NCBI GenBank assembly: GCA_963764605.1
Contig: CAVXTJ010000007.1
Span: 423 to 64,422 of the forward strand
Length of the DNA stretch: 64,000 nt
Direction of reading: 5' to 3'
Source: an uncultured Alphaproteobacteria bacterium
Lineage (GTDB): Bacteria > Pseudomonadota > Alphaproteobacteria > Rhizobiales > Hyphomicrobiaceae
Each line of letters opens with the position of its first letter. Positions within the stretch are counted from its first letter, which is position 1. Positions 10,665-20,450 of the stretch are shown piece after piece. A program made the position numbers and the translations under genes. The notes below the pieces were generated by a model. The model had not been told where the DNA came from, did no database searches, and saw nothing but the letters and a program-made list of their open reading frames with translations.

Positions 10665-12308
10665 CTATTCGACGATGAAACCGTAGTCGCCCTTCAGGCC
10701 GCCATCGGGTAGAGCTTCACTCTTCCCGTAGATGCGATTGAGGTGACCGAGGAAATTCGCCTTCATGTCGGTTGCCGGCGCGAGGCCGTCAGTGGGAATT
10801 GCCAGCTGCTGCCGGCTCGTCGCCTTAACGAGATATGGCGTGACGATCACGATAAGCTCGGATTCGTTTTTGATGTAATCGCGGCTGCGGAAGAGCGTTC
10901 CGAGGATCGGAATATCTTTGACACCCGGCAGACCGTCGATGTTCTGGCGCGTATCTTCGGAAATCAAGCCCGCCAAAGCAATGGTGCCGCCGGACGGCAA
11001 CTCAACCGTGGATTTCGCCTCGCGCTTACGGATCGCAGGGATCGAGAAGCCCGATAACGTGACTGCGCCTTGGTTTGTCAATTCGCTGACTTCGGTTTCG
11101 ATCTTCAAGCTGATGCGGCCTTCCGAAAGGACGATCGGCGTGAAGGCAAGACCAACACCGAACTTCTTGAACGAAACGCTCAAGCTGCCGCTGGTATCAA
11201 CGACTGGGATCGGATATTCGCCACCCGCCAGAAAGTTAGCCGGTTCGCCAGATACTGCCGTCAAATTGGGTTCGGCCAGTGTGCGCACCAAGCCTTCACG
11301 CTCTAGAGCGCGGATTGCATGTGTGATGGCATTGCCACCGCTGCCCCAACCGCCACTAGAGCCGGAGTTACCAAACGATCCAGCAGTCGGGCCTGTATTG
11401 AAGTTGCAAAGGCTCCCAACAGGGCAGCCAATCGCCGGATCTGACGGATCGCCTACCGTCGAAATACCCGGAATTGGCAACCGGCCAAGACCGGCCGCAG
11501 CCGTCAGCGGCAAAGCATTTTCTGACAGAAGCGTCGTCGAGAAATTGCCGGCATTAATCGCGCCGCCAAGGTTGACGCCAAGCTGCTTCAAGACCGAGCG
11601 CTGCACTTCAGCGACGGTAACCTTGAGCATCACCTGCTCTTCGGCTTCGACGCTCAGCATATTGATGACGATTTCTTCCTCATCCTTTGAGAACTTCTTG
11701 ACCGATGTTCCTTCCGCAGTCGACTTCGACACCGTTTCATATTCGACGGTGGCAAACTGCCTTGCGATGTTGGCCGCACGAACTGAATCGGTCGGGTTCT
11801 TGACCGAACCAGTGAGCACAACCGTTTGATTGAGCATTTCGACCTTGATGCGCGATCCTGGGATCAACCGGTTCAGCATGCTTTCAAGGCCGGCTGTTTC
11901 GCGTTCGATGAAGACTTCAAAGGTTGCAAACTGCTCCCCGTTGATATCGAAAAAGAAAGCGTTTGCTTCGCCGATCTTACGAGCCAGGAGGAAAACCCTG
12001 TTGGCGCTAAGGACGACAGCATCGACCGCCACGGGATTTGAAACCATGACGTCGCGCACGTCTCGCGGGAATTCTATCAAGACGGACTTGCCGAGACCGA
12101 TTTTGATATTTTTTCTAATCGGCGCGCCGCCGTTTTCCTGCACGCGAATGAAGGATTGGTGGGCGTTTGCTGCCGCAATCGTTTCAACATCGGTAGCGGC
12201 GCCCTTGTCGTTTGCCCGGGCTGGGCTGGCCACGATCCACAGCGACTCCGGGGAAAAACACAGTGCTCCGAGCATAAGGCTCGAGAGTAATCCAACATTC
12301 TTGCGCAT
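10665..12308 (-). CDS. cpaC: Secretin CpaC/RcpA
   Basis: EPNLTAVSGEPANFLAGGEYP, FGVGLAFTP, LFRSRDYIKNESELIVIVTP. Confidence 0.95.
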   Translation of the reverse strand: MRKNVGLLSSLMLGALCFSPESLWIVASPARANDKGAATDVETIAAANAHQSFIRVQENGGAPIRKNIKIGLGKSVLIEFPRDVRDVMVSNPVAVDAVVLSANRVFLLARKIGEANAFFFDINGEQFATFEVFIERETAGLESMLNRLIPGSRIKVEMLNQTVVLTGSVKNPTDSVRAANIARQFATVEYETVSKSTAEGTSVKKFSKDEEEIVINMLSVEAEEQVMLKVTVAEVQRSVLKQLGVNLGGAINAGNFSTTLLSENALPLTAAAGLGRLPIPGISTVGDPSDPAIGCPVGSLCNFNTGPTAGSFGNSGSSGGWGSGGNAITHAIRALEREGLVRTLAEPNLTAVSGEPANFLAGGEYPIPVVDTSGSLSVSFKKFGVGLAFTPIVLSEGRISLKIETEVSELTNQGAVTLSGFSIPAIRKREAKSTVELPSGGTIALAGLISEDTRQNIDGLPGVKDIPILGTLFRSRDYIKNESELIVIVTPYLVKATSRQQLAIPTDGLAPATDMKANFLGHLNRIYGKSEALPDGGLKGDYGFIVE

Positions 12309-12348
12309 GATCTATCTGCCCTATGACGACTTACCGACGTACGTGTAC

Positions 12349-13167
12349 TCAGTTCACTCCGTACACACGTGATTTGGCACCGTAACGCAGAACTTTCACA
12401 GCGTTGCCTTGCTCGCGCTTAGTCAAATCCATGCCGCCCGCACGGGCCGCATCTGAATTCATGTCCGCAACGCTACGCAACGTAAGAACGATTTCGCCCA
12501 TCTTGTTGGCCAGAGCCATCATTTCGGCCTGCCGGGGCGTCAATTCGAAAGTCGCGGTCTTGGCATCGCCATCCGCGGCCTTCTTTCCTTCTTTGGTTTC
12601 GATCTGCTGGCCAATGGCGATCACCCGCACATTACGGAACAGCGTGTCGCTCACATGCTGCTGAGATCCGCTCTTAGACTGCAGCTCTCTGATGAGAATG
12701 ACGTCGACATGATCGTTGGGGAGGATAAGGCTGCCAGCGGCAGAGACGGCGCTGATCTTCGTCGATATGGCGCGCATGCCAGCGGGAAGAATGGCCGCAA
12801 GCACGCCACCCTGACCAGCCTTGATCAATTTTTGCATATTGATTGGTTCGCCGGCAATGAAGGCCGACCGGGCAATCGAGCCCGAAATTTCGCGCATCTT
12901 GTTTTGCCCGCCGCCCTGCTTTGTGATGTAACCACGAGCGGCCGCATCCGTTGGCCAGGACACCCAGCGCACATTGCCTTCGTTGACAATGCTGCCGACT
13001 GAAATGTCCGATCCTGCGACCAGAACCTCGGTGGTATTGACCTTTGTCTCGACGATTGTCGGAGCGACCGGCTTCTTCATCAAAGAATTGGCGAAGAAAA
13101 ATGCGCCGACGGCAGCGACGAGGGCAACTCCGAAGCCGATAAGTTGGGCTCTCTTCATCGCACGCAA
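12349..13167 (-). CDS. cpaB: Flp pilus assembly protein CpaB/RcpC
   Basis: SAF-like region, GMRAIS, ILPNDHVDVIL, VRVIAIGQ, TFELTP. Confidence 0.92.
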   Translation of the reverse strand: MRAMKRAQLIGFGVALVAAVGAFFFANSLMKKPVAPTIVETKVNTTEVLVAGSDISVGSIVNEGNVRWVSWPTDAAARGYITKQGGGQNKMREISGSIARSAFIAGEPINMQKLIKAGQGGVLAAILPAGMRAISTKISAVSAAGSLILPNDHVDVILIRELQSKSGSQQHVSDTLFRNVRVIAIGQQIETKEGKKAADGDAKTATFELTPRQAEMMALANKMGEIVLTLRSVADMNSDAARAGGMDLTKREQGNAVKVLRYGAKSRVYGVN

Positions 13168-13222
13168 GGTCCTTTCAATCCGGGTTCAAGCAAGTTTGTG
13201 AAGCCGAGAGTGGAGGATAAAC

Positions 13223-13238
13223 GTCAATGTAGAGTTAA
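13223..13238 (-). promoter_or_regulatory. CtrA-like box upstream of cpaB
   Basis: Minus strand TTAA-CTCTACA-TTGAC. Confidence 0.55.
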
Positions 13239-13365
13239 GGAGCGTGTCAAAAAAAGCCGCAACTGATCCACAATGCGCATTGCGTAGCCGCATTCCAAAA
13301 GCCAACGGGCGCACCAAATGGAGCGCCCGCTAGAAAATTCGAGTGATGCCGGTGGCGGCAAACGA

Positions 13366-13881
13366 TCAAACCGTGAAGGCTTTGAACCAAACTGTTGCCG
13401 GATAAAGCTTGAGTGCGGCGGCGGCTATGGCAATGCCGTAAGGAATTCCCGTGCCATGAGCATGAAGCTTTTTGGCCCACTCAGGAAGCTGCCAGTTTGT
13501 TGCTGGAATGTAGCGGCGATAGAACAAGATGGCGAGCGACAGAACCCCACCGAATAATGTGACGTAGACCATGAAAGGAAAAACCTGCCCCAATCCCATC
13601 CACAAGGCTGCAGCTGCCAAAAGTTTTGCGTCGCCCCCACCGAGTAAATTGAAGGAGAAAAGAATAAAGCCGAAAGCCAGCACGGCGACGCCAACCCCAA
13701 CATGGGCCAGCGCATCTTGCCAGGATAACCCTACTGCAAAAATCGACAGGCAAAACGCTGCAACCAGGGCGATCGAAATCGCGTTCGGTATCCTCATAGT
13801 AAAGAGGTCATTGGCGGCGGCAAACGCCATCGCTACAGGGAAAATGAGAAGCAGGGCAGTCGCGATCACAGGGCTCTCCAT
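13366..13881 (-). CDS. cpaA: Prepilin peptidase CpaA/TadV (A24)
   Basis: DLFTMRIPN, GGGDAKL and GIPYGIAI motifs. Confidence 0.93.
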   Translation of the reverse strand: MESPVIATALLLIFPVAMAFAAANDLFTMRIPNAISIALVAAFCLSIFAVGLSWQDALAHVGVGVAVLAFGFILFSFNLLGGGDAKLLAAAALWMGLGQVFPFMVYVTLFGGVLSLAILFYRRYIPATNWQLPEWAKKLHAHGTGIPYGIAIAAAALKLYPATVWFKAFTV

Positions 13882-13930
13882 TCAACACGTCAGCGCCGCA
13901 GGGCGATGCCTTGAAAGTGCCTTGCAAGGG

Positions 13931-13957
13931 TTAATTGCGCCTTAACATGAGCCTTAA
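13931..13957. promoter_or_regulatory. Perfect CtrA box upstream of cpaA plus a third half-site
   Basis: TTAA-TTGCGCC-TTAA at 13931-13945, then TTAA at 13954. Confidence 0.7.
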
Positions 13958-13981
13958 GCGATCGAATTGCAGGCGACCCCG

Positions 13982-14158
13982 TTAGCCGCTCAAGCCTGCC
14001 GTGATGCCGATGAAAACCTGTTCGAGCTCAATTCCAACAGTCCTGAGTGCGGCGATGATCGACACGCTCAAAATAGAGGCGATAAGCGCATATTCGATTG
14101 CCGTTGCGCCCAATTCGTCGCGGGCGAGCGCCGCTGTTACGGCTATCCACTTAGTCAT
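13982..14158 (-). CDS. flp: Second Flp/Fap pilin, 58 aa (absent from the ORF track)
   Basis: Translated by hand: MTKWIAVTAALARDELGATAIEYALIASILSVSIIAALRTVGIELEQVFIGITAGLSG; contains the G-ATAIEY Flp motif. Confidence 0.88.
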   Translation of the reverse strand: MTKWIAVTAALARDELGATAIEYALIASILSVSIIAALRTVGIELEQVFIGITAGLSG

Positions 14159-14342
14159 TTTGGGTTATTCCCCTTTGCCCAGACGCTCTTGCGCGCAATT
14201 TTTGAACCATAACTTCGAGTGGTTAAGAGCGCTCTATTTTCGCAGCTTAAACTCACGTTTTACGAACAAAAATTATGTTGAACCGGTTCGGCCTGGCAAA
14301 GCAACCGAACGCCAAAGTTGCGATCTCTTTCATGTCCGAAAC

Positions 14343-14369
14343 AAAAAACGCCCGGAGTTTCTCCGGGCG
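14343..14369 (-). terminator. Intrinsic terminator between the two pilin genes
   Basis: cgcccggag-ttt-ctccgggcg with a T6 run on the minus strand. Confidence 0.85.
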
Positions 14370-14433
14370 CTTCTCGTTTGAGCTTTTAGACCCAACTTAC
14401 TCTGAGCTGCCAGCTTGTGGCCGGCACCTGAAC

Positions 14434-14610
14434 TTAACCGGCAGCGCCTGACATTTCGGTCGAAATCGTGCCAAAGGTGTCACGGAGCTGATCGCGGAGG
14501 CCCTGGAGGGCTGCGATGATGCCGACGCTGACGAGAGCGGCGATCAGGCCGTACTCGATTGCGGTTGCGCCCAACTCGTCATTCATGAAACGCGAAACGA
14601 TGTTCTTCAT
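14434..14610 (-). CDS. pilA: Probable major Flp pilin (PilA), 58 aa
   Basis: MKNIVSRFMNDELGATAIEYGLIAALVSVGII; GGGAGAG RBS. Confidence 0.93.
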   Translation of the reverse strand: MKNIVSRFMNDELGATAIEYGLIAALVSVGIIAALQGLRDQLRDTFGTISTEMSGAAG

Positions 14611-14709
14611 AACTACTCTCTCCCAATTGCTACAGATAGATCTACCGATCGGTTCTTCGGGGGAGTACTCGTCCTCACCGCTGAACTGAAGCCAACATAC
14701 CCCCAACAA

Positions 14710-14725
14710 GTTAAACCCAGGTAAA
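14710..14725 (-). promoter_or_regulatory. CtrA-like box at the edge of the AT-rich pilin promoter
   Basis: Minus strand TTTA-CCTGGGT-TTAAC; 14730-14900 is strongly AT-rich. Confidence 0.5.
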
Positions 14726-15201
14726 AAGCGCAGAAATCTGAATAAATAATTCCTGATTACTTATTAATATCAGGAATAAACATTTCAATAAATGCAACAA
14801 CCGGCAAGCGTCCAAAGTATTCATCGTGTATTACTTGTTTTTATTGCGATAGATGCTATGATTATCGAAGATTATTGAGATTAATCATTGGTTTATTGCA
14901 GTTTAAGTCTCGCCGTTGAGCCTAGAGGGACCAGCGCAAACACCAATTCCTTGTCGAAGCTAGGCGCAACTAGTCTGCTTTTGCTTCGCCCTCACTATCT
15001 CGCCGGCACAGTTTTGCTCACATTCAAAGCCTCTAACACCAGGCCTAGTGGTTCTGAGAGGTGAGTGCGACGAACACGCACATTCGTATTTTGACAATTT
15101 TCGCCCCGCACGCTGGACGCTCGATCGATTGCGGCACGCCCGTTTGCAGTTCCTTCACTATTTCCTGAGGTAATAGGGTTCTCGCGTTTCTTCAAAAGGA
15201 C

Positions 15202-15729
15202 ATGAAAGCCATGCGGCTTCGCTTATCCCTGCCTGCTAGCGGCGACACACTCGTCAAGTCCGCGCTTCTGATCTCAATTGCACTCATTGCTGGCTGGTCA
15301 AGCGCTCGTCCCGCTTCAGCCGGCGACCTTGTCGTACAATTTGATCAAGCCCAACTCCTAAGACTGCCCCGGCCGGCCACGGAAGTCATCATTGGCAATC
15401 CATCGATAGCCGACGTCACACTTCAAGGCGGAAATATCTTGGCCGTTACCGGCAAAACCTTTGGCATCACGAACGTGATTGTCTTAGACGCAGACCGCAA
15501 CGTAATTCAGGATCAACGCATCATTGTCGAACGCGATGAGCGCCGCATGGTCAATCTACTTAAGGGCTCCGCGCGATTTACGTACTCTTGTACCCCCAAT
15601 TGCCAGCCTAACCTGACCCCAGGAGACGATACGGAATTCTTTGGCCTGGTCGCCAAGCACAATTCAGAAAAGACAAAGTTCTCGACGTCATCTTCTGAAA
15701 GCGCTGACGCAAGTGGCAACGCTCAGTAA
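15202..15729 (+). CDS. Secretin N-terminal (pilus formation) domain-only secreted protein
   Basis: Signal peptide, then VIIGNPSIADV and GKTFGITNVIVLD, resembling the CpaC N-domain. Confidence 0.8.
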   Translation: MKAMRLRLSLPASGDTLVKSALLISIALIAGWSSARPASAGDLVVQFDQAQLLRLPRPATEVIIGNPSIADVTLQGGNILAVTGKTFGITNVIVLDADRNVIQDQRIIVERDERRMVNLLKGSARFTYSCTPNCQPNLTPGDDTEFFGLVAKHNSEKTKFSTSSSESADASGNAQ

Positions 15730-15852
15730 GCGGGACTCAATAAGCGGGTCTTGCAGACGCGTGCATATATAAAGTCAACGCCGCCTGACAGATTTCTCAA
15801 CAATAGCTGGGTTAGCGGCTAGTCAGCTGGCGCAGTCAAGGCCAATACAAAT

Positions 15853-15894
15853 ATGGCGCGGTATCGATAGGGGCACATCGATACCGCGCCATTT
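15853..15894 (+). terminator. Long perfect hairpin, terminator
   Basis: 16-bp stem atggcgcggtatcgat / atcgataccgcgccat followed by TTT. Confidence 0.8.
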
Positions 15895-16122
15895 TGCTAG
15901 GCCACGCCACACCAGCTCGTCTTGCATGTCCACATCGGATCAAACAAGACGCCAGCTGACGCGAATGGCTGGCACCGTAGCGCCGCCAGCCACATTCCAT
16001 AAAACACCATCGCTTGTCGAAAGGGTTCTAAGAGTACTGCTGACAAGCACTTAATCCGGAAACCCAAATCTGAGTTTTCAATTTAATACTTTATTAGCCA
16101 AGGACGCGGTTCGCTAAAGATC

Positions 16123-16137
16123 TAAATAGTTCTTTAA
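16123..16137. promoter_or_regulatory. CtrA-like box upstream of the TadE pair
   Basis: TAAA-TAGTTCT-TTAA, one mismatch. Confidence 0.4.
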
Positions 16138-16193
16138 GCCTAGGATACCTAATGTGGACTGACCATTGACCACGACGTCCGAGGACTGAACTG

Positions 16194-16844
16194 ATGCGTT
16201 TCATGCTTTCGCCCGCCGCACCCTTGCGCGCCAACATCCTCAACAGGTTCATGCGGCTTTGCCGCAATGAAGACGGAACAACGGCGATCGAATTCGCAGC
16301 CGTTGCCGCGCCGTTTTTCATGTTTGTGTTCGGCATCATCGGCATCTCGATGCATTATTTTGTGATGAACTCCATCGAAAAAGGCATGGACCAAGCCAGC
16401 CGGTTGATCCGCACTGGCCAGGCTCAAACGAACAACTACACCGTTGGCGAGTTCAAAAATTACCTCTGCAACAAAGCCAATTCGCACAGCAGCTTAGACG
16501 CTAACGGAGACGCGGTTGATTTAAAGACCGATCTCGGAGACGGCCATATCAAATGCGGCGATCTCGAAATCTTCCTGCAAAAGCGGGCGGATTGGCAGAG
16601 TGTCCAGCCTGAACCGTGCGTCAATGTCGATGGCACCAAGCGGGTCAGTTCGACCAACGAAAGCGATCCCCTGGCAACGCACGCAGGCACGGAAAGCGAC
16701 GTGGTGCTGGTTACGGCTTGTTACGAATGGCAGTTCACAAAGAAGATTCCGTTCTTGAGGTTCGACACCGTCGACAATGCCATGGTCATGCAGTCCGCCA
16801 CCGCCTTCCGGACAGAGCCCTATGCCGGGTCGTCGGGGCAATAA
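16194..16844 (+). CDS. TadE/TadG-family pseudopilin
   Basis: EDG-TTAIEFAAVAAPFF; C-terminal QSATAFRTEPY. Confidence 0.88.
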   Translation: MRFMLSPAAPLRANILNRFMRLCRNEDGTTAIEFAAVAAPFFMFVFGIIGISMHYFVMNSIEKGMDQASRLIRTGQAQTNNYTVGEFKNYLCNKANSHSSLDANGDAVDLKTDLGDGHIKCGDLEIFLQKRADWQSVQPEPCVNVDGTKRVSSTNESDPLATHAGTESDVVLVTACYEWQFTKKIPFLRFDTVDNAMVMQSATAFRTEPYAGSSGQ

Positions 16845-16886
16845 GTCCGGCACACGCCATCCAATAAATTCGTCAGGATCAATGCA

Positions 16887-17504
16887 ATGCCACTACAAAT
16901 CCGATCCAAGTGTGAAAACCGAGTCCGCAAGTTCAGGCAAAACATTGCCGGAATCGCGGCCGTTGAGTTTGCACTCCTCGCGCCACTTCTGATGCTCATG
17001 CTGTTTGGCGCACTCGAAGTGTCGCGCGCCGTCATGATGCACAAGCGTTTCCAGCGCGCCACGGCAATGCTCGGCGACCTCGTTTCACGCGAAGAATCGA
17101 TCGGCGAAGCGGCCGGTGAAGGCGAAGCCGCCTTGAATGGTATGGTCTTGTCGGCCGCCCACATCATGCACCCGTTCGACATGGCGACGTTCAGTGTCAA
17201 TATTTTTGAAATCCGCTCTACGGCGCCCGCGACAACGATCGCCGAATGGCAATATACCAGCACGGGAGGTAACCCCGGGTCGGCTACAATCACTTGCGTG
17301 CCGAAAGCCATGCCGGCTTCGGGCATGGTCAACGTCGGCAACGCCGCTATCGTCGTTGAATCCAGCTATACATATACGCCATTGTTCGCGAGCCTTGCGC
17401 CACCAGGTTTCGGCGCGAATATTCCTTGGACCGATACGATCACCCATAGCCCACGCCAGCGGAACATTATCCCACTGGACGATCCGACGGGACCCAACTG
17501 CTAA
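16887..17504 (+). CDS. TadE/TadF-family pseudopilin
   Basis: AG-IAAVEFALLAPLLMLMLFG. Confidence 0.85.
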   Translation: MPLQIRSKCENRVRKFRQNIAGIAAVEFALLAPLLMLMLFGALEVSRAVMMHKRFQRATAMLGDLVSREESIGEAAGEGEAALNGMVLSAAHIMHPFDMATFSVNIFEIRSTAPATTIAEWQYTSTGGNPGSATITCVPKAMPASGMVNVGNAAIVVESSYTYTPLFASLAPPGFGANIPWTDTITHSPRQRNIIPLDDPTGPNC

Positions 17505-17813
17505 CTCCCAACCCGCCCACGCGGTTCAATTGAACCGGCACAGGACACCTTATGTGGCGGCGAATTTAGAATAAAACAGTCGTCATTAATGAAACCGTTT
17601 TCCTGGATTTGACTACACTCGCATGTTTTAAGACCATTCTTAATCCTAATGCTGAGCATATCCGAATTTTTTTGCTGCTAATCCGGCAGAGTCCGTATAA
17701 TCCGTTATCGTACTTTTGTTCATTTCCACGCATTGGCACTTGTCACAGTCACCGCGTTGTTTATTGTGCACAAAGGAAAATGCAGACCGGCATCGCGGGA
17801 GCTGAGTTTGTCG

Positions 17814-18407
17814 ATGGGAAGACGTTCCTCACATACTCCGGAGGAATTGCGGCGGCTCGTGCTCGGCGCAACCCGGGAAATTGTTGAAAAAAAAGGCCTG
17901 GCCGAACTCTCGGCGCGGGAGATTGCGCGCGGAATTGGCTACTCGGCCGGTACCATTTATAACGTATTCGAGAATCTGGACGATCTACTGATCACTATCC
18001 AGATCGAGTTACTCGACGACGCGGTGCGGAGGCTCCAGTCCGTCGCCAATAATGGTGACGCACGCCATTACGTTGACCAGCTTTCCGCCGCATATATCGA
18101 CTTTGCCCTCGAAAACCGGCGCGTCTGGAACCTTTTGTTCCAACATCATCTACCCGAAGGCTCGACCGTACCGGCTCCGATCCACGACAACGTCAACCGG
18201 ATGATAGAAATCGTGAAAATGGCACTCACACCGCTGATGGCCGGGGCAAAGGCCGAAGCCGTCGATCGCGCCGCGCGCGTCATGTGGGCTGGCGTGCATG
18301 GCATCTCTGCCATTGCCGTCACGGACAAAAGCCCGACAATGACGAGCCAAACAGCTCAGGACTTCGTCAAATCGTTCACTGCAACGTATTTGGCCGGCCT
18401 GAAGTAA
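17814..18407 (+). CDS. TetR/AcrR regulator with WHG-type C-domain
   Basis: LSAREIARGIGYSAGTIYNVF HTH; MWAGVHG. Confidence 0.9.
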   Translation: MGRRSSHTPEELRRLVLGATREIVEKKGLAELSAREIARGIGYSAGTIYNVFENLDDLLITIQIELLDDAVRRLQSVANNGDARHYVDQLSAAYIDFALENRRVWNLLFQHHLPEGSTVPAPIHDNVNRMIEIVKMALTPLMAGAKAEAVDRAARVMWAGVHGISAIAVTDKSPTMTSQTAQDFVKSFTATYLAGLK

Positions 18408-18447
18408 GCCCAACCTGACTTGAAGCCGTGGTCATTTGGCGTGGAGC

Positions 18448-19275
18448 TCAGTTGCTGGTTCCTGGCGGCGGCGGGGCCTCGGCCGCGGGTGCCCGCGAGA
18501 TTGATCCCGTTGTAATCCCATCTTCGGCCTGTTCCGCGCTTTTTGCAAAGTGCCGGATGTCAATCAACCCAAACCACTTATCGTCCGGTAACAACCGTTG
18601 CTGCAGGCCCGACCACAAGCTCTTGGATCCGACCCCGTCAACGAACGTCTTCGTCGGCGGCGCGAGCATGACAAGTAAAACGGTAGCGGCGGCCATACCT
18701 AGCGAAGCGCCGAGGTGCCGGGTATCTATCAACTTGAGTGCTGTCCCAAACGACGCTTTGATGCGCGTATCCATAACGTCGACCGAGTACATTTCATCCA
18801 GGATGAGATGGGTCAGGAAGCCCAGCATCATGAAACCTGCTGCAAGCCAAGCGACGCCTTCGTGCCGCCCTAGCACGTGATAGTACACGACGGCCGTTGC
18901 GACTGAAGAGAATGTCGCGGCCAAAAGCGAGTGCCAGATGCCGCGGTGAACCGCGAGGCGGTGGAAAACGGCGTGCAACCCATAACGCACTCCAACCAGT
19001 GTACCGAGCCATAGCACCCACATCTCGATAACCGAATATTTCGTCGCTACGTTAAACAGCACGCAAAAGGAGAAGAACACCCCGAGGCCGGCGAACATGG
19101 CGCGGCTTGGCCGGGAATCTTTCAAATCAATATCGGGCAGCACCGATCCTAAAACTCCAGCCATCGTCACGGCCACGAGATTTTCGGGCGCCACAACATC
19201 GGCCGCCAGTGTCAGTGTTGCAAGGCCACCGGCAACCACGGTTCCAACAGCAATGTGGGTCGTGAAATTGGCCAT
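18448..19275 (-). CDS. Membrane metal-dependent hydrolase (YdjM-like)
   Basis: TTH, GSVLPDID, HRGIWHS and THLILD motifs. Confidence 0.8.
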   Translation of the reverse strand: MANFTTHIAVGTVVAGGLATLTLAADVVAPENLVAVTMAGVLGSVLPDIDLKDSRPSRAMFAGLGVFFSFCVLFNVATKYSVIEMWVLWLGTLVGVRYGLHAVFHRLAVHRGIWHSLLAATFSSVATAVVYYHVLGRHEGVAWLAAGFMMLGFLTHLILDEMYSVDVMDTRIKASFGTALKLIDTRHLGASLGMAAATVLLVMLAPPTKTFVDGVGSKSLWSGLQQRLLPDDKWFGLIDIRHFAKSAEQAEDGITTGSISRAPAAEAPPPPGTSN

Positions 19276-19481
19276 TATCTATCCTCCTGCCCGCGACCTG
19301 CGCAGCGGCTGAAAAAGCAGCCCCCTCTCACCATCAGATTCGCGCGCCCTCAGCGAGGCACCTCCCAACAACCGATGTGGATAAATTGGCGAGATTTCTG
19401 CTCAACCACAACTTAAGGGAGCGCTAGCGGCCGTATGCCGAATGTGGCACACCCCACAGCGACGCGGCTCAAGGCATTGAG

Positions 19482-20450
19482 ATGACGGCTGACACACAAC
19501 ATCAAACCGCGAAGTTCGACAAGGTAACGCGCGTTGCCGGTCTGAGCATCGTTGTGGCCGTGGCTGTTATGGGCATCAAGTATGCCGCCTATTTGGTCTC
19601 CGGCTCAGTCGCGCTGTTTTCGGACGCCGCTGAAAGTATCGTCAACGTCATGACGGCAATGGCCGCCTTGCTCGCCATCCATATCGGCACAAAGCCGCCC
19701 GACAGTAACCACCCATTCGGCCACCACAAGGCCGAATTCTTTGCCGCCATTTTCGAAGGCGCCATGATTATCGTTGCTGCGATATTGATCATGTCAAAGG
19801 CCTACACGGCTTTAAAGCAAGGGGTCGTGCTCGAATCCCCAGGGCTGGGCCTCTTCATCAACGCGGGCGCGACGGTCATCAACGCCGCCTGGGCCATGCT
19901 CCTTGTCAACCGGGGCAATTCCTGGCGCTCACCGGCTCTACAGGCCGACGGCTGGCACCTTGCCACGGACGTTGCAACGTCGATTGGTGTCATCATAGGA
20001 TTGGCGCTCGCAATCTTGACCGGCTGGCATTTCCTCGATCCTTTGCTCGCGGCCGCCGTTGCCCTCAACATTCTTTGGACCGGATATCGCATCGCTCTTG
20101 AATCGATGTCGCGTCTCATGGACCAGGCGGCGAGTCCGGAAATCGAAAACCGTATCCGATCCACGATTGCGTCAAACGGCGGAGGCGCGCTGCAGGCTCA
20201 TGATATCCGCACGCGTCAGGCGGGCCGGGCCTTGTTCATCGAATTCCATTTGGTTGTTCCGGGAGAAATGACGGTCAACGAAGCGCACGAGATTTGCGAC
20301 CGGCTGGAAGTCGCCATCGAGCGGGAAATCGAAGGCTCGGAAGTGGTCATTCACGTCGAACCCGAACACAAGGCCAAGGATGAAGCCCGTGGACTTGTAG
20401 TGCCACTATCGGTGGACACCTCACCGCTCAGCGATAACGCCGGGCCTTGA
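19482..20450 (+). CDS. Cation diffusion facilitator
   Basis: SVALFSDAAES, HPFGHHKAEF, ADGWHLATD, VIHVEP. Confidence 0.92.
   Translation: MTADTQHQTAKFDKVTRVAGLSIVVAVAVMGIKYAAYLVSGSVALFSDAAESIVNVMTAMAALLAIHIGTKPPDSNHPFGHHKAEFFAAIFEGAMIIVAAILIMSKAYTALKQGVVLESPGLGLFINAGATVINAAWAMLLVNRGNSWRSPALQADGWHLATDVATSIGVIIGLALAILTGWHFLDPLLAAAVALNILWTGYRIALESMSRLMDQAASPEIENRIRSTIASNGGGALQAHDIRTRQAGRALFIEFHLVVPGEMTVNEAHEICDRLEVAIEREIEGSEVVIHVEPEHKAKDEARGLVVPLSVDTSPLSDNAGP

Noticed and set aside
6970-11829. Long antisense ORFs over cpaF and cpaC, and similar shadow ORFs elsewhere
   Set aside because: Expected shadows of GC-rich coding strands, with no motifs of their own.
14995-15195. 66-aa ORF in the pilin/secretin-N intergenic region
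   Set aside because: No RBS or family features, and it overlaps the likely divergent promoter.
3329-16145. Seemingly frequent CTAG tetramers as another methylation artefact
   Set aside because: I could not count against expectation, and most sit at synonymous Leu codons with no motif damage.
17628-17643. CtrA box upstream of the TetR gene
   Set aside because: The TTAA half-sites are 8 bp apart, not 7.
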